From Octopus sinensis (taxonomy: Eukaryota): a stretch of 64,000 nt of DNA. Each line of letters starts with the position of its first letter. The first letter of the stretch is position 1. The notes beneath the pieces were generated by a model. The model had not been told where the DNA came from. It was given only the letters and a program-made list of their open reading frames with translations, and did no database searches. The position numbers and the translations under genes are program-made. Below are positions 1-11,642 of this stretch, in pieces. Location of the stretch: the NCBI RefSeq assembly GCF_006345805.1, contig NC_043006.1, forward strand, positions 36,518,001 to 36,582,000. The letters are read 5' to 3'.

Positions 1-655
1 CTGGTCAATGCTATTTTCATTGCCAGTTATTGAAGTGATTTTAGAGCAAGTGGGTGCTGAATCTGAATATGGCATCACTTTTGATGTATTTGCTATAGTT
101 TTTGACATAATCACATCAAAGTTCTTTTATTGGACCGTCAGCTCAGTTGACTGAATGAATGCTGGCCTACTGCTACCTAGTGAAAATGTACCATTATTTA
201 TTAATGCTCTTGAAAAAGATCTCTACGTCATACAGTTTCTCATGCAAACCTTCCTTATTTCCCATCTGTGGCCGGGAGAGGTTTCCAAATTATGTCACAA
301 TTCTTTTGTGTCTCCTCAATAACCTAGGTGTGTTGTGAAATAAACTTTAGCCTGATCAATTTTAATTTTGGCTGTAAAGTATATTTGAGATCCGATAACT
401 TTGCATACAACATCCGATGATGATGATGATGATTAGTAACATGATATGAAAATTGTTTATTAAGTCTAACAAAACAAAAATTGTTTATTAACACTAACAA
501 AATATCTCCTGGAAATTTGTATTTTTTTAAGTGTTTCACCAACCTGAATAACATGGAAGTCTCTCAATTAATAAAAATACTAATTTATTTTACCTGTTCT
601 TGATGTAGTTTCCCAAATTTCTTAACCAGCCATATCTCTTTGTATTTTACCACAG

Positions 656-816
656 GTGGCCCACCACAAGAAACATCCAAATACCTTTACCAGTTTGAGT
701 TCAATCGACTTTTACTGGACAGCATACCAAAACCGTATCAAATAGTCTATCCACAACAACTGCGTCACAACAATGTGGTTAGCATTAACACACGCCAGCA
801 CCGAGTCAGGCATCAT
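656..816 (+). CDS. ADAM-family metalloprotease/disintegrin, prodomain exon A (internal, phase 1 to 0)
   Basis: Acceptor ctctttgtattttaccacag|G and donor CAT|gtaagt. 161 nt, reads GPPQETSKYLYQFEFNRLLLDSIPKPYQIVYPQQLRHNNVVSINTRQHRVRHH; the other two frames contain stops. Y-x-IVYP-x-x-L resembles the start of ADAM propeptides. Confidence 0.8.
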
Positions 817-898
817 GTAAGTATTTTCTTCTATTCAATTGTTCTCGTCTTTTCCCATCAATTTGGGGTTTTAACTACAAAAACACTGTTCTATAGAT

Positions 899-1296
899 GC
901 CAGTGCAGCCTGACTGGCACCCATGCTGATGGCACATAAAAAGCATCATTCAAGTGTGGCTGATGCCAGTGCCACCTAACTGGCACCCATGTTGGTGGCA
1001 AAAAAGCAACATGTGAACATGGCCAATGCCACCTGACATGCCAGTGGCATGTAAAAAGCACCATTTGAGTGTGGTCAATGCCAGTGGCACCTGACTGGCA
1101 CCCATGCCAGTGGCACATAAAAAACACCGACTACACTTTTGGAAGGGTTGGCATTAGGAAGGGCATCCAGCTGTAGAAATCTTGCCAAATCTGATTGGAG
1201 CCTAGTGCAGCCTCCCGGCCTGCCAGTTCTCAATCAAACCATCCAACCCATGCCAGCAAGGAAAGTGGACATTAAACAGTGATGATGATGATGATG
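899..1296 (+). mobile_element. RTE-LINE 3' UTR fragment with an internal ~60-bp tandem array and (GAT)n tail
   Basis: About four units of gccagtg..cctgactggcacccatg..gtggcacataaaaagcacc, then ggaagggcatccagctgtagaaa...ccaacccatgccagc...(GAT)n; same sequence as 7270-7663. Confidence 0.75.
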
Positions 1297-1604
1297 AAAA
1301 TTGCTCTAATATAGTCAAACCAAGAAGTTGAACATATTGTGGCTACTTTGTCCAACAGGTTAAGCAACTTACTCAAAAAAGCAGCCAAATCGCCCTCAGC
1401 TCACACCCCTTTAATATTCAGTAAGAAAAAGGACACATTGGACAGTTAATCAAAGGTATCCCCTAAAAAGAGTCAATAGTTACTGCATGATTACCTTTAA
1501 TCAAAGCTCAGCTCCGTCAGGACTGACCTGGCTCTAATCCACAACTTGAATATATTTATAAGCATAGAAATACATATTCATGCAGAAAATAAAATCTCCC
1601 TAGG

Positions 1605-2040
1605 CTCAAGCATGGCTGTATGGTAAGAAGTTGCTTCCAAAACACATGGTTTTGGATTCAGTCCCATTGCATGGCATCTTGAGCAAGTGTCTTTTAATGT
1701 ATTCCTAACCCGACCAAAGCCTTGTGCATGGATTTGGTACATAGAAACTGAAAAAAAAAAGCCTATCATGTATGTGTATTTATGTTTGTGCATGTGTATG
1801 TTACTGTTTCCGTGTTTTGACATAATATGATAATTGTAAACGATTACCACCATCATGGCAGTCTCCTTTGTTTATCTTCCACAAAAACATGTCCGGTTTT
1901 GGGGAAATATTGTCTTACTTGAAAACAGGTGAGGGTTGGCAACAGGAAGGGCATCTGGCCATAGAAAATTTCCCTCAACAAATTCCATCCAACCCATGCA
2001 AGCCTGGAAAAGTGAGTGTTACAATGACGATAATGAGTGC
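1605..2040 (+). mobile_element. tRNA-derived CORE-like SINE with RTE-type 3' tail
   Basis: Head catggctgtatggtaagaag...ggattcagtccc (A/B-box-like), CORE-like catcttgagcaagtg, tail ggaagggcatc...ccaacccatgc...atgacgataatg. Confidence 0.75.
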
Positions 2041-2464
2041 TACACTTCATTAGTTTTCCTCATTTCTTAAGTTACACATTTAATTGTGTTTTCTCTGTCC
2101 ACTTCAGATTAGTTCTAAAATACTGTACTTTGAGACTAAATGTTTTCAACTTTTCACTCATTCACAACAATATTTTTAAGGAAATGCATTGTCCATGTGT
2201 TTCAGTTAATTCTAAAATTGCTCAAGAGTCTATAGGGATTTTAAAATATTAGTTTATACCTAATGTAACTGATATTTAAAATATCAATGTCTCTTTGTCT
2301 TAAAATATGTATTAACAAAAAGTTCTTCCATAAACTTATGAAATGCATTTTTAATGTAACGATAAACACAATAAAACCAATAGTTTTTGCATCATCAAAC
2401 GTGTATGTGCCTGTGTATATACATTCACACACACACACTCACTCACACATATATGCACAAACTC

Positions 2465-2910
2465 TCATGGCTGTGTAGTTAAGAAGCTTGCTTCCCAACT
2501 ACATGGTTCTGAGTTCAGTGCTACTACATGGCACCTTGGGCAAGTGTCTTCCACTATAGCCCAGTGATAACCAAAACCTTGTGAATGGGCATATACACTC
2601 TCTCTCTCACACACACACACAAATATATGTAAATATGTGTGGTGTGAGTGTGTGTATCGTTGTGTCTCTTTGTCTTGAAATCACATGACAGTTGTAAATG
2701 CAATAGTTGTAAATGTCATTCACTGTCATACAAGCAGTGTCGTTAATTTCCTGTATTTTGAGTAAACACATCTGGCCATGGGGAAGTATTATCTGGATTA
2801 TAAACAGGTGAGGTGACAAAAAGGATGTCTGGCCACAGAAAACCTGCCTCACTAAACTCTGTCTGATTCATGTAAGGATGAAAAAGTGGACTTTTTAGAA
2901 ATTATGATGA
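2465..2910 (+). mobile_element. CORE-like SINE, same family as 1605-2040
   Basis: catggctgtgtagttaagaagcttgcttccc...gagttcagtg...caccttgggcaagtgtctt, body and degenerate tail. Confidence 0.7.
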
Positions 2911-4084
2911 GGGTAGGGGGCAAACTTCAGCTTTTGCTATCCAAAGGGGTTTTTTTGACCCAATATTTACATGCTATTATTTGTATCGTTATTTGCTTCA
3001 AGATAAACCATTCCAAAAAAGATATATAAGCTGTTACATGATGTGCAGCACATTGTCTATGCCACCATATCATATGATTTCTTTGGTGGATTTTGTAGTA
3101 TACTATATGAGAAGAGGTTGATTACCGCTGAACACAGCTCTCCTTAATTTCTTGGAAGAAGGGGGCACTGTGAGTGGCCCTCTCATAGGACCCTCTCACA
3201 GTGCAGCATAAGTGAAAGAAAGATCTATCTCTAATCAAAGGTGTTCAAGCACAATGTATTTAGGACTGTTTTCTAGTGTGTTCTTTCCTATATAAAATAA
3301 GATATAATTTGAAGGATATTTGGCTGCTATTTCTAGTTAGTTGAATATCCACATAACCTTCTTGTGCTTCACCTCAGGTTAGCACTGTCTAAAACGACTT
3401 TATCAAACATAGGACTACATTATCAGAAGTGTCTTAAAAAATAAAGAAAAAGGAGAGAGAAAGAGAGAGAGAGATAAGGCTTAATTGGAGGGAGATTTGG
3501 TGGCAGTTTCTTGCAGGCCAAGCAACAGTGTAGAGGTCCCTGATATGCTTCAGGTTCTTTCACAGAAATAAGATCTTTCTGCTGCAATATACTCTTGACA
3601 TATTCATCTTCAATGGAAGCACTTCATGCAAGAGACGTACCAAGTTTCTCCTTTTGTTTTGTATACAGCACATCTATTTACAAACAATAATGTACATATG
3701 TGTATGACAATGCAAATAACATATATGATTGCGTACGTTTATGTATATACGTACATATATGCACACACATATTTTGATATAGAGTAGAATTGATTTGCTT
3801 CTCCTTCCCTCTCTCTCCATATATATATATGAATGTATATATATGTATGTATATATGGATGTATATGTATGTGTTGTGTGTGTGTGTGCATATAAGTATA
3901 TACATATGTAAGTATATAATATATATTTATGTGTGTATAAATATAAGTAACACACACACACACACACGTACATACTCAAAACAGTATGCAAAAATTGATG
4001 TAATTCATGAAGCATTTAAAATATTGTTTTGTATCTACATAAATATGTTGTTCACAGTGCATACGTGATATACACAGTTTTGTA

Positions 4085-4092
4085 GATTACAC

Positions 4093-4153
<61 letters not shown>

Positions 4154-4170
4154 ACACACACACACACACG
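4085..4170. repeat. (TA)n/(CA)n microsatellite, one of many in the window
   Basis: Direct reading. Similar tracts at about 3780-3970, 7955-8010, 11755-11830, 18670-18790, 26670-26840, 30070-30115, 41370-41415, 49115-49160, 58640-58720 and 60917-60985. Confidence 0.95.
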
Positions 4171-6801
4171 CACTGACAAAATAAAGAAACATTACATATA
4201 GAGAAAAACCTACACAATGAAGTCGTATTTACTTCATATGTACTGTAAGCTGTCTTTACAATGATATTGAACTTTTAAAGTGTATGATTATTTATTTATG
4301 TATTTGCTCATTTAGTTATTTATTTACTTATATATTTTGTTTTCAGTGCTATTAACATTATTTTGAATATTATTAACATTAATCAAATTGGCTTTTCTAG
4401 ATACTTCCATTTCTGTTATATAATTAGATAATGGAAGTTCTATTGTATCATGTGAGCAGACAGACGCTGTTTTAAGATTGATGTTGTTGTTGTTGTTGTC
4501 ATTGTTATTGCTGTTGTTTGTTTTATTTAGATATTTCCCCAGTCTTATCAACCCGTTCAGTGCAGCTGTTATACTACATGCATTAACAACAGTAATAGCA
4601 ACCACTATGACACAGCAAGAACCTAAGATTACACTGGTTTTAATTTGAGTTTCAGTGGTTGTGATTGTAGTAGTAGTAGCAACAGCAGCAGCAGTAGTTG
4701 TTGCTGTTGTTCGTCTCTGTTGTTGCTGTTGTTTGTCTCTGATCTAGCTTTGGTATGATTAACAATGTTTCAGCTGTTACCATTTCTTATTTATAGGATA
4801 TACTGTGCAATGTATCCTTCCTTATTTAAGATGGTACACAATACTCTGAAGGCAATTTCCTTACTATTTCTAGCAGGCTGAGTGAGGCTTCTTTCAGTGG
4901 CTCAAGTAGTATTGGCAGTGGTGGTGGTGGTGGTGGTCTATCAAATCATGTTGTGAATTCAAACTTTGCTACAGCGGTTGGTATTAGAAAGGGCATCTGG
5001 CCATAGTAACCCTGCCAAAAATATAGTGTACTAATAAGATATCATCCCCCATGTCCCCAACCCATCCAGGACAATAGCTTCAATTATAAACTGTCTCTGA
5101 CTGTCCAAACCTTGCCAGCCAGCATGGCAAGCAAATGTAAAATAATGCTGGTGATGATAATGGTGTTGACAGTGTTGTTGCTAGGAATGATATTTTGTCA
5201 TATAATTGTATAGAAGATTAGTTAAATTTGCATGTCCTCCTCAGCTCACTTAGTTACCAGTAATATATATGCAAGGATCTCTTGAGAGCATTCATAATAA
5301 TTTGTGTTTACTGTGACAAAACCAGCCTTGCCTTTTGAAGGTTGTTGTTGTTTAGCACCAACGGGCAGACCTTTGATCAAAGGCATTCCAACTGTGACTG
5401 TCCCTTTTTTTATTATCTAGGCATACATTGCTTAACGTGTCTTTACCAAAGGGGTGTGATCAGTAAAAGATTTAGTTTTCTATTCCTAACAAGTTGAGTA
5501 ACATTGTAGAGGCTCCTTCAGTGGGTGTAGCTCAATTTTTTTTCTCCTGCCCGAGTTTCTCTCTCTTTCTCTTTCTCTCTCTCTCCCTCACACACACACA
5601 CACAATTACATTGTCTTTAATTCAGTGGTCTGACCTACCAAGTCCTTATCTACAGAGTAACAAATGCAATTTATTGACCACAGAGGTATGAAAATCTATA
5701 TCAGAATACAGAAAGAAAGAACTAAATTGTGAAAGGCATTTAATACTCTATTACTCTAATCTAATCCCCTCCCGCTTTTGCCTCACCACTATGTTGTCAT
5801 TACTGTAATTGTTTACTCAATTTATTAATGATTACTTTTAAATTTGGTTAATTAGTATATAGTTATAAACAGTTTATTAATTACTATTACTGTACTCATT
5901 ATTATTACTTCATTCAACTTCATATTAGCCACATTTCTTTGTGTTGATAATAAAATTCTATTTCATTGCTGGTGTTTCAATATTAGTCTTTCTTCTAGTT
6001 TGTCTAATTGTATATATGTCTATCTGCCAGACTCTCTGTTTCTTAGTCTGTTTATTTGTTTATCTATCCATCTGTCTATGTGAATGACTCATTCTCCTCT
6101 CTTTCCATATATATATATACATGAAGTAAAAATGCTAGTTCTAAAATCTCTAAGAGATCAATGCAGTAATTGTACTAACAAGTAATATTTGTAGCCACTT
6201 CAAGATGGCTGTCCATTCAAATGGACTCAACTGTGATTTTTTAACCCCAAAAGGACATCTCGAGCTGGTTAACGATGCAGAGCTGAATCCGATAAATTGC
6301 AAGCAGCAGAGCAAACCCCTACTGATTCTAACAACAGGACCAGCAAACCAGTCCTGGTTTCGAGCTGTTTCTGCCACTCTTCAGTACTGGACATCTTGTC
6401 TGCTAGAGATGACTATAGCTTGCTTCTGCTCACAATATATATATTTCAAGCAAACACACAGTCACTGATTTTGTAACAAGCGAAAATGCTAAGATCAACG
6501 CAGTAGTTGTACAAACAAGTAATATGCATAACCACAATATTACTTGTTAGTACAACTACTGTGTTGATCTCTCACAGTCACAGATATAGCCATATCACCA
6601 ACGAGAAGTAAGATGCTTTGCATCAAAATTCAAAATCACTGGTGATGTGGCTGTATCTGCAACTGTAGGGAGCTTGTCTCCCCTGTCAGCTCATTAAGAT
6701 AGTGCACGTGTGCCTAATGAGTCAGTTTGACTCTTATTTCTAGCAATGCCAATACCACTTATTACCCTCTGTCACTTTAGTGATGTCTATATATATATAT
6801 G

Positions 6802-7663
6802 TATATATTTACATACATACGGCATGTGGCAAGAATGGATGAAGATAGCTGCATGAAAAAGTGCCACACCCTAGCAGTTGAGGGAACCTGTGGAAGAGGT
6901 AGATCCAGGAAGACCCAGGATGAAGTGGTGAAGCACGACCTTCGAACATTAGGCCTCACCAAGGAAATGACTAACGACCAAGACTTTTGGAAATATGCTG
7001 TGCTCAAGAAGACCCGGCAAGCCAAATGAGACCAAAACCTGTGGCCTATGCCAGGAGCGTAACCAGCCCGCTTATGCGTACCTTTTCCTTCTTTGGTCAC
7101 TAAACTCTGCTTGCGAAGACCTGTTGAGGCAAGTGAAATCAAAATCAATTCGATGACTGGCGTCCGTGCTAGCTGGGTGCAAAGAGCACCATACAAGTGT
7201 GATCATTGACAGAGCAGCTATTCGAGTATGATCATTACCAGCGTCGCCTTACTGGCACTTATGCCTGACTAGTAGGGTGCCAAGAGCACCATCCGAGCGT
7301 GATCGTTGCCAGAGCAGCCAACTGGCTTCCATACCTGTGGCACGTAAAAGGGCACCATTCAAGCGTGATTGTTACCAACGTCGCTTCACTGGCACCTGTG
7401 CCGGTGGCACGTGTAAAAAGATTCGAGCGAGGTCATTGCCAGTGCCGCCTGACTGGTCCCCGTACCGGTGGCACATAAAAAGCTCCCACTACACTCTCGG
7501 AGTGGTTGGCATTAGGAAGGGCATCCAGCTGTAGAAACTCTGCCAGATCAAGATTGGAGCCTGGTGCAGCCATCTGGCTCGCCAGCCCTCAGTCAAAATC
7601 GTCCAACCCATGCTAGCATGCAAAGCAGATGTTAAACGATGATGATGATGATGATGATGATGA
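6802..7663 (+). mobile_element. 5'-truncated RTE-clade LINE: ORF2 C-terminus plus ~630-nt 3' UTR and (GAT)n tail
   Basis: Translation RHVARMDEDSCMKKCHTLAVEGTCGRGRSRKTQDEVVKHDLRTLGLTKEMTNDQDFWKYAVLKKTRQAK* is typical of RTE ends (W-x-GHV-x-R...G-x-R-x-RGRP-x-KTW); followed by UTR and (GAT)n. Confidence 0.85.
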
Positions 7664-7687
7664 TACATACATACAAGAAATTATGAT

Positions 7688-7866
7688 AAACACAAGGTGC
7701 AGTTTCTATGTTATCTGTGTAATGCAATGCAATAAAGTGTTCCCCTGATGAAGTGTTGTGGATCTGCATCCAGTTGCACTATGAACACCCACTGCAGAGG
7801 ATGCAAATAACCACAATGGAAAAAATGTACAAAGGGAAGAAATAATATAAACTGCATCTTGTATTT
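7688..7866. mobile_element. Small TIR-flanked non-autonomous element
   Basis: acaaggtgcagttt / aaactgcatcttgt inverted termini (1 mismatch); the interior recurs inverted at about 39540-39600. Confidence 0.5.
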
Positions 7867-7961
7867 AACATATTTTCTCCTCCTTGCTCTGTATAATTAG
7901 TAATATTGATAAGTACAGTAGTAACCACATGACTTCACCAGAAGTAGACTGGCTGAATATA

Positions 7962-8010
<49 letters not shown>

Positions 8011-8572
8011 CACACTATTAAAAATGAACTTCAATCTTGCTTGCTTGCTTGGAATGTTACACAGCCAAACTGGCGCATAATGAGAAAATACTTTGAAAGT
8101 AAGGTACTCCTGAAATGTGAATACAAATGGAATAAAACAAGTTTTACATAAATCGGACCTCTGGTTCTTGAGATATGGGGGAGTTTGGGGGTGTAAGTAC
8201 CCCCAAAAGTGCATAATGGGAAAATACTCCGAAAATAACTTAACTCTGAAAGGGAAGAAATTCTAACCTTTCGATTTACACATTATGATAGGCAAAAGTC
8301 TTAGTGATTTTAACTTGTCAACAAAAAAATACAAGTTGTCTTTACAGTAGATGTTTCTATTTTTGCTTCTGTTAAACACAATATTTTAATCATTTAGAAG
8401 TATTCTTAAGTGAATGTGATTTCAAAAATGTAAGTTGTTTGTACAGTAAGTATTTATATTTTAACTTTCTTTACACAGAATATTTTAAGTTTTTAAAAAA
8501 ATTACTTTCAAGTGAATAACATTCTAAAAAATTTTTTTGACATATCTAAAATGTATTTTTAAGTAAAAATAT

Positions 8573-9059
8573 GGTAAATATTTCATAAAAGACCTGTTCA
8601 TAACTGCAGTGTGAAATAATTTTTTTCCATAAGAATTTTTTCGAGTGCATTCAACATATCTCACCTCCAGAGATTTGGCTGCTATTTCTAGTATGCCCTG
8701 ATTCCACGTAACAGCTATTTGCGATAAAGGACCTGAAATAGCTGTTATGTGGTAGCAGGGTGTGCAAGAAATAGCAGCCAAATCTTTCCTTTTCTGGGGA
8801 AAGGAGCCATTTATGCATTATTTTTTTATCACATTTGTTGAAAGTATATGAAACAAGAGGAAAAGAAAAAAAGCTCATGGAACAAATGGCTGTTGGTTGG
8901 AAATTCCAAAGTACCCACCACACCTCCCCACTTTCTTTTCCAGAAGAAAATGGCTTGCGGTGGGTTTGGAGATGAGATACATTGAATGCACTCAGAAAAA
9001 TCTGTGGAAAAAATTATTTCACACTGAAGTACGAACGGGTCCTCTACGAAATATTTACC
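8573..9059. mobile_element. Fold-back element with ~93-bp inverted arms containing a nested 19-bp-TIR MITE (8671-8785)
   Basis: 8573-8669 is the reverse complement of 8967-9059 with scattered mismatches; the inner agatttggctgctatttct / agaaatagcagccaaatct is a perfect inverted repeat. Confidence 0.7.
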
Positions 9060-9061
9060 CA

Positions 9062-9840
9062 AGATTGGGACAAACATGTGAACAGCAGGATTCATGGTAG
9101 TGTACAAAAATGAAGAAGGTGACCCCAAGACAGGCAAGATAGTTTGTTTGTGGAAGACGTGAGAAAGGAGCTGGGGGCTGGCAAAACCACTGGAAATGGT
9201 ATGTGACAAGGTGGAAACGGTGAGAGGGTTTTGTTTGGGTATAGGATGTATGTAAGTGGTGGATGTGAAGCAGCTGTGACAACAAGAGCAAGACTTGGCT
9301 GGGTGAAGTTCAGGGAATGTGGAGCATTGTTATATGGGAAAAGGGTTCTCATTGAAGATGAAAGGAAGGGTCTATAGGAGTTGTGTGAGAGCTGCAATGC
9401 TGTATGGGAGTGAGACATGGTGTCTGAGGGAGAGAGAGATGGCAGTTTTGAGAAGGACTGAGAGAGCAATGGTGAAAGAAATATGTGGTGTGAAGCTGTT
9501 TGATAAGAGGAGGACTGAGGACTTGATGGGAATGTTGGGGTTGGAGGAATTGGTGGAATGGTTGGCAAGGGGAATGGGGTGCAGTGGTATGGGCATGTGT
9601 TGAGGAGGGATGAGGAGGGTGCTTGAGTTTGAGGTAAATGGACTATGAAAGCAAGGTCAACCGAGGAAAATATGGAGGAGACAGGTGGAGGAGGAGATTG
9701 GGAGGGTTGGCTTGAGAAGGGAGGACGCCCCAAACTGGGCGAGATGGTGTGAGGGAGGTTGCTATGGTATTGACATAGATCCGGCCACCTCCGTTAAAGG
9801 GGACAAAACCCGAATTTAAAACACTGGATGATGATGATGA
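9062..9840 (+). mobile_element. Decayed 5'-truncated RTE-clade LINE (second family) with (GAT)n tail
   Basis: Frameshifted translation ...VETVRGFCLG..SGGCEAAVTTRARLGWVKFRECGALL.GK.FSLKMKGRVYRSCVRAAMLYGSETWCL...WYGHVLRR...; ends aacactg(GAT)n. Confidence 0.9.
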
Positions 9841-10511
9841 CAGTATAATAGAGTCATTTGTGCACCGTCTGAGAAAAACAGCACCATGACAATTCACTCT
9901 GCCGGACATTTGGAAATGACATGCCATACTGCTTGACATTCATGCTGGAAGTTCCAATACAAACTTTCAGAGTGTTTGGGTGTCAATCTAAGGACTGCAA
10001 TCTGAGGACATGTACCAAAAGTGATAAAACTCAAACATCCAGTCTCAGACTCAAAACAGAGGCCTACATCAAGTGCCTGGAGGAGGTAGTGCTGCTCTGG
10101 GTCAAGAGGGTGGTTGCTGGAAGACCCTGTGGCTGTCAGACAATTTCTGTAACCACATCACCTCTAACATCTGGCCGCCTAACTCCCCAGACTGCAAACC
10201 TGTTGATTATTATTATGTTGGGCGCAGTTGAGTGAGAGACAAACAAAACTCCTTGAAACACGAAAGATGAACTGAAGGCAAGGATTATGGCAGTATTCAC
10301 CAATTTAAGCAAGGAGACCATCCAGAAGAGCTGCAGGAGATTCTGAAGTCATCTGGAGGCTGTGGTTGAAGCCAATGGCGATTTTATTGAATAAATTTAC
10401 TCTTTAGCTTTTCAAGATATTTTTATGTAATTTTGCTAAATATATCTTTTAAAATGAGATGTCAGTGTTATTTTCATTTTTGCATAATTTAAACAACAAT
10501 ATACTCACTGC

Positions 10512-10515
<4 letters not shown>
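9841..10515 (+). mobile_element. Internally deleted Tc1/mariner element
   Basis: Decayed transposase pieces HAILLDIHAGSSNTN.SECLGVNLRT and WPPNSPDC.PVDYY.LGAVE.ETNKTP.NTKDELKARIMAVFTNLSKETIQKSCRRF.SHLEAVVEANGDFIE*; 3' TIR-like end followed by (TA)n. Confidence 0.85.
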
Positions 10516-10552
<37 letters not shown>

Positions 10553-10570
10553 ATAGACAAAGAGGTGACC

Positions 10571-10610
<40 letters not shown>

Positions 10611-10629
10611 CATCTCTCTGTCTATCCAT

Positions 10630-11200
10630 TTCTTGTTCTCTTCCTGTTATACATCAACAGCCTACTTGTCATTCCTGTCAATTCCTGTCTTAAGGAGATT
10701 ATATTTTTTTGCACAGAAGTATCATCTGCATTTAGTGTAGATACCTTCTACGTCTTCACTGATTCCATGATCAGGGGCCTCAAAGCCTCCTCCAATGGGG
10801 CCACATCAGTGACCATATTGACTTCATTACAAAAAGTGAAATCAGACTCAAAATGGAATACTGCTCCTATATATGGAATGGTGCTGCTACCACATTTCCA
10901 GATATCAGCTTTCCTGGATCACTTTCTAAAAAGCAACCCAATTAATTAGCATAAAGTCCTCACACTCCAACCTTTGGCTCACAGACGTGGGTCTCTCACT
11001 TTGGTTTGTTACTTTAATTACTATTATGGTTGTCTCAGCTCTTTAGAGCTTGCATGTTTTGTACCACCTCCACCCAGATGTTTCTCACTCATCTCTCTCC
11101 TTCTCATCACTCACACTGTGTCAAGTATTCACTATGGACCTTACTTCAACCACTAGACCCAATCCTTCTTCCTTAGTATATCAACCCTCTGGCATCCTAT
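10630..11200 (+). mobile_element. Decayed CR1/L2-group LINE, RT C-terminal region
   Basis: Fragments KSEIRLKMEYCSYIWNGAAT, LQPLAHRRGSL and YYYGCLSSLELACFVPPP match the CR1-type 'IRP-x-MEYC...LAHRR...YYG-x-CS-x-EL' pattern. Confidence 0.65.
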
Positions 11201-11559
11201 TTCTGCCTATCTTTTACTTGAGCTATGATGACAAGAACCTAAATTATACTATGGTCAGCTTTCATCCTAACAATGGGGTCAGTAAAATAAAGTACCAGTC
11301 AGATATCGGGGCCAGTTTGCGAGAGAACCCTAGCTACATTGATCTCACTGATTTCAACGGGCCTTCCTCCAGACATTAAAAAGTATGTTTCTATGTGTCT
11401 ATGGTCTGTCTGTCTCTAACTGGGCTGTCCACCAGCCTGTCTGCCTATTTGATTATCGTGTCATTATGCATTATGTCTATTACTATTTGTCAACCTACCT
11501 CTCTCTATGTGTCTGTCAATTCAGTATTTCACTGATCTTGTATTGTTTCTTCTATACAG

Positions 11560-11642
11560 GGGACTTATGACCACCACAAATGTGTTACCATTCAGTTGGA
11601 ACTATTTGAAAGGAAATACAAAATTCGACTGGACCTTAACAA
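11560..11642 (+). CDS. ADAM prodomain exon B (phase 0 to 2)
   Basis: Acceptor ttgtattgtttcttctatacag|G and donor AA|gtaagt. 83 nt, GTYDHHKCVTIQLELFERKYKIRLDLN+AA. Matches the 'I-x-AFG-x-x-F-x-LDL-x-LN' segment of the M12B propeptide and is in phase with exons A and C. Confidence 0.85.

Noticed and set aside
255-640. Possible minus-strand terminal exons (VGETLKKIQISRRYF / VIEETQKNCDIIWKPLPATDGK*)
   Set aside because: The splice sites are plausible, but no protein family is recognisable, one implied intron is only 50 nt, and the chain runs into the antisense of ADAM exon A. Not supportable without RNA data.
7742-7790. CTGATGA followed by a stem, as a hammerhead
   Set aside because: No GAAA after the stem; the sister copy at about 39560 also lacks it.
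9092-9733. 213-aa minus-strand ORF
   Set aside because: It is the antisense shadow of the purine-rich RTE LINE on the plus strand.
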